Shown in pieces: positions 54,900 to 64,000 of a stretch of DNA of 64,000 nt; within the stretch, counting starts at the first letter, position 1; the number at the start of each line of letters is the position of its first letter. This DNA comes from the human T2T-CHM13v2.0 reference genome, Homo sapiens. The DNA lies in assembly GCF_009914755.1 (NCBI RefSeq), contig NC_060926.1. One strand, given 5' to 3'. The notes under the pieces were generated by a model that was given only the letters and a program-made list of their open reading frames with translations, did no database searches and was not told the origin of the DNA. The position numbers were made by a program, and so were the translations under genes.

Positions 54900-56039
54900 A
54901 TTATGCCTTATGCAAAATTGAAATCTTAAATAAACATGACTGTTTATTTGAACGAATTTTAAATAAACTGATAACTTTATATACTACAAAAATGGAGACA
55001 TAGTTATGTAATATGTAAATAAGTACATATGCATATGACATATATAATTATTTTTTCATTAAAATACATATAACTTTCTATTGAGATAATAGATCTAAGT
55101 TAAATTTCAGATTTCACTTTGAAAATAATCTGATTTCTAAACTGTGGTTTTACTGTATCAGCAAGAATTTTAGAAAGGCATTATGTATGTTTAAAGTAGA
55201 GCTTAAGTTGGCATATTATGTGAATTTTAAGGTTCTATATCTTAATTGGCCAAACATATGGTAGCATATCTTTCATATTTCACCATGACAAAGGTAACAA
55301 GAAGCCATATGCTCTTCTCTTGCTTCAAGGGTTGGCTTGAAGAAGGAGACTAGACACCCCATCAAGGGTTGGCTGTTTTTGGCTACATGCTTGGAATAAA
55401 GATGATTGGGGATAAATAAGTCTCACAACCAGGTCTCTAGAATAATTTGTTTGCTACTCTTCAGGTTATATAGTAGCTTTTCTTTTATTTTTCTCCCACA
55501 ATACGTTATTGGTTGCCTGACTTCAAACTCCAAGGCCTCATAAAATGTATGAGACTTTCTCTCCATTTTCCAAACCTCAATATTCTAATCTGTAAAAGGT
55601 TTAATTCACCGGCTGGCACATGGCATATCTAACTGTTAGCTACAATTTAACTTGCATTTAATTTCCTTTTCTCGGTCATATAACTAAAACTACATTTTTA
55701 TTTGTGTTGATATCAGATAAGCTGTTAGGCTTTAGAAAGCCAACTAATGTGTTGCTTTTGAGTTCTTACTGGAATACTTTTCACGGAACTTAAATTAGTT
55801 TTACTACCTCAGCATATTTTACTTGAGGTATGTTTGAAAGTCAAGAGATAAAGCTGGTCTGTGATTTCTATAGAAATTTTGACAAACACAAAAGTGGTAT
55901 AAAGCCATTATGCATACAGGCAAGCACAGTTGGGATATTTTCAGTCTGTCAAGTTTGCATTTTTAAAAATGTAGTAAGGTTTTATGAAAAGAAAAATTGC
56001 TTTTCCTTCAGTTTTCTTATCTCTTTCTTTGAATTTCAG

Positions 56040-56072
56040 GATAAATTTGTAAATCAAATTGTGTTCAGCCAG
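56040..56072 (+). other. Candidate 33-nt microexon (splice signals only)
   Basis: Polypyrimidine tract plus tttcag| acceptor and CAG|gtaagg donor. Phase-0 reading DKFVNQIVFSQ has no stop. No transcript evidence. Confidence 0.25.
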
Positions 56073-56872
56073 GTAAGGCTCAAACTTGAAGCTTACAGCT
56101 CTAAGAACTCTTTTGAGGCATATGCATAGGATAGTTTGATGCATAAAATGATTGAAATAGCATTGCAAGTTTTTAAGGCAATAGCGGGAATATAATTTAG
56201 TACTTACAACAGTCTATTCCAGTACATAATTTTAAATATAATGGGAAAATCAATCCCGGACTTATTTACTGAATTCTTTGTGTGCCAGTCACTGTGCAAT
56301 GGACTTGGGGGCCAAGTAGGAAATAAAAAACATAACTGAACAAAACAAAAACAAGTTCTCAACCTCCAGATATCACCATAGATGTGCAAATAAATTTGGG
56401 ATAATATTAAGTGGCACAATGAAAGTATGTTTGTGCACAGAATGTAGATGATGTAAGTGTCTGCAATTGTTTGAAGGTGTTAAGATCATGTCTATTAAAT
56501 AGAACTGAGATGAACTTTTAGGATGTATGGATCTGGCATTATTCCTGGCTGCTATTTACCTCAGGTCCCTGATGAGCTTTTGAGCCTAGAAATTATGAAA
56601 CTAAACTTTTGATACCATCTTCTGAAGAAGGCTATATTTTAAATTTTTCCAACCCAATGGAAGCATATTCTGTAGTTTATTACTTCCTTCAAACTGCTGA
56701 CGTATAGCTTAGATGCTGAAAGGAGGATAAAGGAATATATCTCTGTCACATTCCATGATGTCTCTCTCTCTTTTTTTTTCTCACATTGTCTCCTCCTTCA
56801 TTTTCTCTGTCTGCTTTCTTACTATTTAAATTCTGATTTCTCTGTTTTGGATAGCCCTAATGAAATGCTTTC

Positions 56873-56903
<31 letters not shown>

Positions 56904-56911
56904 GCCTATGG

Positions 56912-57050
56912 TTATATTCATTCATTCAACAAATTTTTATCAAGCACCTACTATTTACTAAACATTATTTTCATTTCAGGGAATACAGTAATGTGTGAAA
57001 CAGACAAAATATTTGTTATAATCAGGTAATCCGGAGTCAAAATGAATATA
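56912..57050 (-). mobile_element. L2 3' end
   Basis: attcattcattcaacaaatttttatcaagcacctactat. Confidence 0.75.
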
Positions 57051-57817
57051 TCGCATAAGGTCATGCATGTTACAAAGAAAAATTTATCAAGTGTATACAT
57101 ATCTTTCAAGAAGAATTATGTAATGTTTGAGAATCTTGAAACTAAAATCTAAAGTTTATAAAATTAAAAAATATTGTGTCTTTTTAAATGGCAAATATTT
57201 GCCTACTCTCTGTTACTTATATTTGAAATAGTTACCATACATTGATAAAAGCCAAATAGCTCACACATTTATTATATATAATAATAAATGGTTATTAACA
57301 TTAATGAAGGCTGTATAAGGTGTTCATCCTAAATAGTATGTAAAATTTGGGGACTATTTATCTGAGTTTTTAATTATATCAAATGCTCAAAGGAGAAGAA
57401 TGACACAATAAAATAGTTATTATTTGTCTATTTTTATTTGCTATTTATCAATGATGACCTTACAATCAATTCTGCCCAATTTCAATATTGCCGTTATTTC
57501 TAAGCAGTGAGGAAATGAATTTGCAAATAAACATTTAAAAGAGAATAATATAACAAATAATTTAAGAGCTTATAGTTGTAAGGAGGACATTCCAAGCATA
57601 CTCCTTAAATTACTATGAAAGAAGTCTTAAAGCTTTTGGCCTCTTTTAAATCACAAATGTTATTTCTAGCCATTTAGTCATTAGAATATGTAAAAATGTA
57701 TCAAATAATTTTAAGTATTATCTTTTTTGGCATGTGCATGAAATCATTTCTTCTACCTAAATATTTCTCAAATCTTTCTCATGATCTCAATTCTCATGGC
57801 CACCATCTAGATCTAAG

Positions 57818-58075
57818 ATGCTACAGGATGAATCGTGTCCCCAAAAAGATATGTTGAAGTTTTAACCCTTAATACCTTACAATGTGATCTTATTTGGAAA
57901 TAGGGTCTTTACAGAGGAGTTAAGTAAAGGTGAGCTCTTTATGATGGGCCCTAATTCAATATGACCAGCGTCTTTATAACAAGGAAAATCTGGACACAGA
58001 GACAAACATAAATAGAAGAAAAAGATTCGTAGACAGCCATATGATGAGAGAAGCAGAGGTTGAATTGAAACAATG
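57818..58075 (+). mobile_element. MLT1B/C LTR 5' part
   Basis: tgctacaggatgaatcgtgtcccc...ttatttggaaatagggtcttt...ggacacagagac. Confidence 0.8.
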
Positions 58076-58261
58076 GAGTATTTTTCTAATATTGTTCGTT
58101 TCTTTGTTCTTCTATGAAGTATATTTTCTTTAAATATTACTACTAAGACTTCCTGCCTTCATATTCTTTCCAAACCATCTCAAGTTAGGCTTTTCTAACA
58201 GCCCAATGAAACCCACCATTATGAAGGCCATTAATTTATTTCTCTGAATATCTGGTATTAA

Positions 58262-58616
<355 letters not shown>

Positions 58617-59976
58617 CAAAATGCTTTTTCCTTTAATGGTCTCTATCTCTAACTTATACTGTCCTCTCATGCCCACCCCCATGAAAACAAGGACTTATTA
58701 TTCACTACTTTGAGTCTCTATTCCTAAAACACATATTCAGTTTTCAATTATTTTTTTAAAGGATTGAATTCAGTGAATCTCTGATATAAAACCCAACTAA
58801 ATACAAACTAAATACAGACTTTGGCTAAAATAAGAACAACTTTCAAATACATAAAAACATAAAAATTATGACTTTTATTCATTTTTTTTTTTCTGGTCTA
58901 CACACTAAATGCATCCTTACTAAAATAGTCATGAAGCCATCTTTATGTGGGTTTATTTGAGAGAATATTTTGATTAGGTGGTCATTAATTTTAGCCAAAA
59001 ATATGTCTAAATTTGGCATTTTAAGTTAAAGGACTCATAAAATAAACCAAACACGTTTCAGTATTTTGTATTTCATTCCTCATTTTCCTCTTATAAACAT
59101 ATCACCTCAATTTCCTTGAGTAATTAACCACAAAACACACTCTTAGGAAGAAGTGTGATTTGACTTTCAGAATTCAAACTGGACATATGAAATTGTCCAT
59201 CAACTGGGCAGTGCCCCTTCTGTGACACCTAGGGCAGACCGTCATTAGCCATACACTGTGTAATCCAGGTATATGATTCCCTTCCCTTCTTTTAAAAAAG
59301 ATACAAAACAACAATTTATACAGGCACATCTTCATTGCCAGTCAGAAATGTAATGTCTATAAATAGACTCTTTAAGAAATAAAAGCATGAGATAATAAAA
59401 CTGTTTTCATATTACCAAATCATCCCCTTGATATTTGTCTGTCGCAAATGACAGCCAAAATTAAAGTCAATATAATAGTTTATGAAAAAAATGATGTGCA
59501 AGTAATTTATACTGTTTTTAATTTCTGAATGTTTTAGTCCATACAATTATGACAATCATTTAAAAAAATCTAACTGCTCCAAGTAAATTTTAAAGTTACT
59601 GGAATAAATGACTAGAAATTTTATTTAGAAAACAAAAAAAAACTATTTTTTTAAAAAAACTATTTCCTTGCCTGAATAAAATGTCTGTGAATTCAATTTT
59701 ATGTGAAAAATTCTTACAGGTACACAAGTAAGTAGTTTCAAGCCAGATTCTGAACTGTCTTTTCAATCAGTATATTTGTGTTTTTAATTGGTATATTCGT
59801 AAGAATATAGTTTTGCTGGTGACATTGTTTTCTGAATTGTTTTGTAGAGAGCCATGTAACTACTGTGGGTAAGCCAATTTTATCTCTGACTTCAGTAGCA
59901 TATTAGTGACTGATTGGGCTGAATAAGCATACAGGAGTAAATTGGAACGTGCTGCTAAGTCACACTACTATGGCAA

Positions 59977-60445
59977 TAAGGGAGGAGAGCACCCCTCCTG
60001 TCGTCTTATGCCCAATTTCTGCCTCCAAAGAAAGAAGTAAAAACTAAAAGGCAGAAATGAAATCCACAGGCAGACAGCCCGGCACTGCACCCTGGGCCTG
60101 GTAGTTAAAGACCCACCCCTGACCTAATCTGGTTATATTATCTATAGATTACAGACATTGTGTAGAAATGCACTGTGAAAATCCCTATCCTGTTTTGTTC
60201 TGATCTAATTACCGGTGGGTGCATGCAGCCCCCAGTCACGTAACCCCTGCTTGCTCAATCAATCACTACCCCCTCACATGCACCCCCCCCCCTTAGAGTC
60301 GTGAGCCCTTAAAAGGGACAGGAATTGCTCAGTCGGGGAGCTCAGCTTTTGAGACAGGAGTCTTGCTGATGCCCCCTGCAGAATAAACCCCTTCCTTCCT
60401 TAACTCAGTGTCTGAAGAGTTTTGTATACGGCTCGTCCTGCTACA
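59977..60445 (+). mobile_element. LTR2 (HERV-E) solo LTR
   Basis: taagggaggagagcacccctc...cttatgcccaatttctgcctccaaagaaag...gctcgtcctgctaca. 4-bp TSD gcaa/gtaa. Confidence 0.9.
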
Positions 60446-61385
60446 GTAAGAGACTGAAACTGAAAGTTAATTCTTCCAATTCTATTACTTTCTCATGCCA
60501 TTGAGGAGACTCTAAAATATTTTTTCACAACAAGTAGTATTTTATTTAATAATAGGTCTTTGTGAATTTCCCAATTTTAAGTAGAATTATATATCTGCAA
60601 TATTTTCTACTGAAATATGACTTTGAAAAAATCAATATAACACTTGCCGTCATGTTATTTGGTTAGAGCAGGAGAAATAAATTATTATTGTAGAAATGAA
60701 ATACAGCATGTTTCTGGCATTTCTTTTAAAGAAAAAATGGTTATTAATTTTGCCCCACAACATGTATCGATGTACAATATATCAGTTAAAAAGAATTTAT
60801 GCATGTAAACGTGCCTATTACTTTATTGTTAAGTTTCTGTTACTATAATTTCTAAGTTGCTAAACACACCAAATTAATTCATTGCTAAATTATTATTTTT
60901 ATGAATAAATATCAAAATTATTGTTTGGTGATAAAATGTCTATTCAGATGTTTTGAATCTTAATAGATAAGAATATTAGTAGATAAGTTTTAATCTGCAA
61001 GTTTTATATAGCATCATCACATCACATAAATAACAATTCTTTATTTGTAGAACTAAGCACAGATAAACAATCATAGATATACCCAAAAGATTTTTAAGAT
61101 TTTTAAAAATGATAGTTTTTTTCTTTTTATTAGGAAGCATAAATATTAAAGAGTCTAATTGAGGCTTCTGTTTTAGAGTGAATATATAACCTTGTCTTTG
61201 AGTACTTGGAAACTAATAAGATTATCCAACAAAATATCTGTTCTGTCTGTATCTTTACTGTGCGATATGACTGTCTTGTAAAAATAACTTAATATGGTGG
61301 TTGCTCAAAAAAAAAAAAAAAGAGAATTACCTTACAATCCAACAGTTTTATTCCTGGGTGTATCCAAAATGATTGAAAGCGAAAG

Positions 61386-61445
61386 TGTCTCAAAGAGATA
61401 TTTATACATTCATATTGTCTCAAAGAGATATTTGTACATTCATGT
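61386..61445 (+). repeat. 30-bp tandem duplication within L1MB
   Basis: tgtctcaaagagatattt(a/g)tacattcat(a/g)t x2. Confidence 0.9.
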
Positions 61446-61488
61446 TTATAGCAACATCATTCACAATAGCCAAAATGTAGAAGCAGCC

Positions 61489-61868
61489 TGCCTTGAGCTG
61501 AACTGTGTCCCATGCAAAATTTGGAGGTTGGAATCCTAACCTCCAATGGTACTGCCTTCAGAGGTAGGGTTTTTAAGGAAGTAATTAAGGTTAAATGAGG
61601 TTTTAGGGAAAGGCCATAATCCAGTAAGACTGGGGTCCTTATAAGAACAGCAGGACATACCAGAGGCATGCAACTACAGAAAAAAGGCCATGTGAGGACA
61701 CAGCGAGAAAGCAGCTTTATCTACAAGCCAAGGAGAAAGGTCTTAGAAGAATGTAACCTTAACAGCACCTTGATCTTGGATTTCCGGCCTCCAAGACTGA
61801 GGAATACATTTCTGTTGTTAAATCTACCCAGTTGATAGTATTTTGTTAAAGCTATTCTGACTAACACA
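61489..61868 (+). mobile_element. MLT1B-type solo LTR
   Basis: tg...gctgaactgtgtccc...gccatgtgaggacacagc...ctgactaacaca. 5-bp TSD cagcc/caacc. Confidence 0.88.
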
Positions 61869-62710
61869 CAACCCAAATGTCCACTGGTGGATGAGCAGAT
61901 AGACATAATGGAGTATATGCACACAATGGAATATTACTTAATCTTACAAAGGAAGGAAATTCTGAAACATTCTACAAAATGGATCAACCTTGAGGAAATT
62001 GGGGTTAGTGAAATAAGCCGGAAACAAAAAACAAATACAGTATGATTCCACTTACATGACTTATCTGAAGTAGCCAAACTCATAGACACAGAAAGTAGAA
62101 TGAGTTACCACGGGTTTGTGGAAGGGGGAAATGGAGAGTTGTTTAATGGGTATAGAGTTTCAGTTTTGCAAGATGAAAATATTCTGGAGATCACAAAACA
62201 ATATGAATGTATTGAACACTGCTGAACTACGTGCTTCAAAATGGCTAAGGTGGTAAATTTTATGTTACATATATTTGCCACAAAGTGTCAAACAATCAAA
62301 AGTCACCACTCACTTTATTAAAATGATCAGGCTACTTAAAGATAAGTCTTTAAAATATTATTAACTATTGCTTTTGAAATGTAAAAGTAAAATTATAATT
62401 TCAATATTAGGAGTAAAAAACACTTTAGGTAAAAATGTAAGGAATTACAAGGAGTCTACCTTGTTAAAAAGTTCAAAGGGAAAAACAACATGAATAGTAA
62501 TTGTAAGTAATCCAAAATTGTTGCAAATAAATAAGGCAGGCATCAGTGAATCCAAATCTGTTCGCTACTAAAGCATTCTTTTTAATTTCTTCAGTCATGT
62601 TTTATAGCTGCTATATGTAAGAAGCAACATTTTAAAAAGTTACTTTCTATTTATTATAGCCACATAAATGGTAAACCAAATATATAACTAGGACAAAGTA
62701 ATTAACATTA

Positions 62711-63024
62711 CAGTTGGTGCTCCGTATCTACAGATTCCTCACCAGCAGATTCAACCAACCCGGATCAAAATATTCAATAAATAAATAAAAATACAACAGT
62801 AAAAAATACAAACTTAAAAAGCAATACAGGAAAACAACTATTTGCATAGCATTACCTTGAATTAGGTATCATAAGTAATCTACAGATACTGAAAGTGTAT
62901 TGGGGGATGTGCATAGAGTGTATGCAAATACCATGCCATTTTATATAAGGGACTTAGCATCCTTGAATTTTGGTATCTGCAGGGGTCCTGGAACCCTTCC
63001 TCTGAAGATATCAAAAGACCACTA
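62711..63024. mobile_element. MER2 (TcMar-Tigger) DNA transposon
   Basis: ta-cagttggtgctccgtatct...gattcaaccaacc...ggggtcctggaacc...gaccacta-ta. Confidence 0.85.
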
Positions 63025-63159
63025 TACTGCAATGTTTTAATTATACTAATATAAAACTCCTAGTGGACTTTATGAAACATTGAAAATACATCCTTTGAAG
63101 ATCTGTAATTTGGAATTTTGGGTACATATAAAGGAAAGATGAAATTTAATTTCAAAGAA

Positions 63160-63348
63160 TGGTGGTTCTTAAATGTTAGAGTGCATTGGAATTATCTGGA
63201 AAGCTTGTAAAAGCACAGATTACTGGGTGAATCTCCTTAATTTCTGTTTCAGTAGGTTTAAAGTGGGGTCTGAAATACAGTATTTTTAAGAATTTTTCAA
63301 GTGATATTGATGTTTCTGGTCTAGGGACCACATTTTTATAGCCACTAT
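63160..63348. mobile_element. MER5A (hAT-Charlie)
   Basis: gtggttcttaaa...cagattactggg...ttcagtaggtttaaagtgggg...ggtctagggaccacattttt...ccact. Confidence 0.85.
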
Positions 63349-64000
63349 TATAGAAAATAGGGTTATTAAGGGGTATACCTTCAGTTGTGGAAATAAGATC
63401 ATGTCTTATAAAACCAAAATACTATAATTTTGGACCTTTGTTAAATTCACCAAAATAATTAAGTTTATATTTACAAATGACTTAGTAACTTTACTGACAT
63501 TTTGTACAAATTAAATGATTCCCAAATGATCATAGCAAAGCAGATCTTTAAAAAGTATTTAATAAATGTACCCTTTAGTCGATTTTGTCTCATCTTAATC
63601 ACCCTCTTTTAACTGTGTGCATATAACTACAAAAGAATCAGATCATCACCATTATTTACAGAGTGAATATCCTGCATCTATGTTTGATGTATCAGATTTC
63701 AGCTATCTTATTCTGATTTTGCTTTTATTCATATGTTTTATAGTACTTTCATGTCTTGTGTAGAGGGAAGGAATATTGTCTTCGATCACATTGCCTCTGC
63801 TTCACAGCCACTTACTGCTCCTTCTGATTGCTAAGTGCCTCTGGAGAATGACCTATAGTAATTGCACACTTTCTCTTGGCAAAGCTCTGTCTGCTTCCTT
63901 TAAGGAAAGAACACACTGCTGTAAGTTATGAATCAGGCTTGCAAAATGTAAGTTCTGGCAACAGGCTCCCGAGAACCTACATCCTGTATTATATCATCTG

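Larger units (their letters stand above)
61290..62285 (+). mobile_element. L1MB 3' end interrupted by MLT1
   Basis: agaattaccttacaatccaacag...tcacaatagccaaaatgtagaagca | acccaaatgtccact...ggtaaattttatgttacatatatttgccacaa. Confidence 0.85.

Noticed and set aside
55322-55375. Short hairpin cttcaag-ggttgg-cttgaag and a 13-bp direct repeat tcaagggttggct
   Set aside because: Too short to separate from chance or local slippage, and no RNA-gene features.

Overview
Strongly AT-rich, repeat-dense catarrhine primate DNA (human- or ape-like, judged from AluY/Sp/Sq, LTR7, LTR12, LTR2 and THE1), from an intergenic region or a large intron. No supportable protein-coding gene or RNA gene is present; the ORFs I can assign to a source are decayed L1, Alu, ERVL or MaLR reading frames. 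The window holds many L1 remnants (four with 5' inversions), about ten Alu or Alu-derived pieces, a full-length THE1 provirus nested in an L1, solo LTRs (LTR2, MER21, MLT1) and old DNA transposons (MER2, MER5A, MER53). Four things stand out. (1) At 54314-54899, two different HERV-H LTR7 variants are fused tail-to-tail, so both outer ends are U3 ends, and the unit is flanked by one 5-bp direct repeat (ATTAT) as if inserted in a single integrase event. (2) At 41938-42030 there is a 73-nt LTR12 R-region retrocopy with a poly(A) tail and a perfect 17-bp TSD. (3) A 144-bp non-tandem local duplication occurs at 8217/9387. (4) A candidate 33-nt frame-preserving microexon lies at 56040-56072. Family and subfamily calls come from remembered consensus sequences, and the boundaries of old repeats are approximate.
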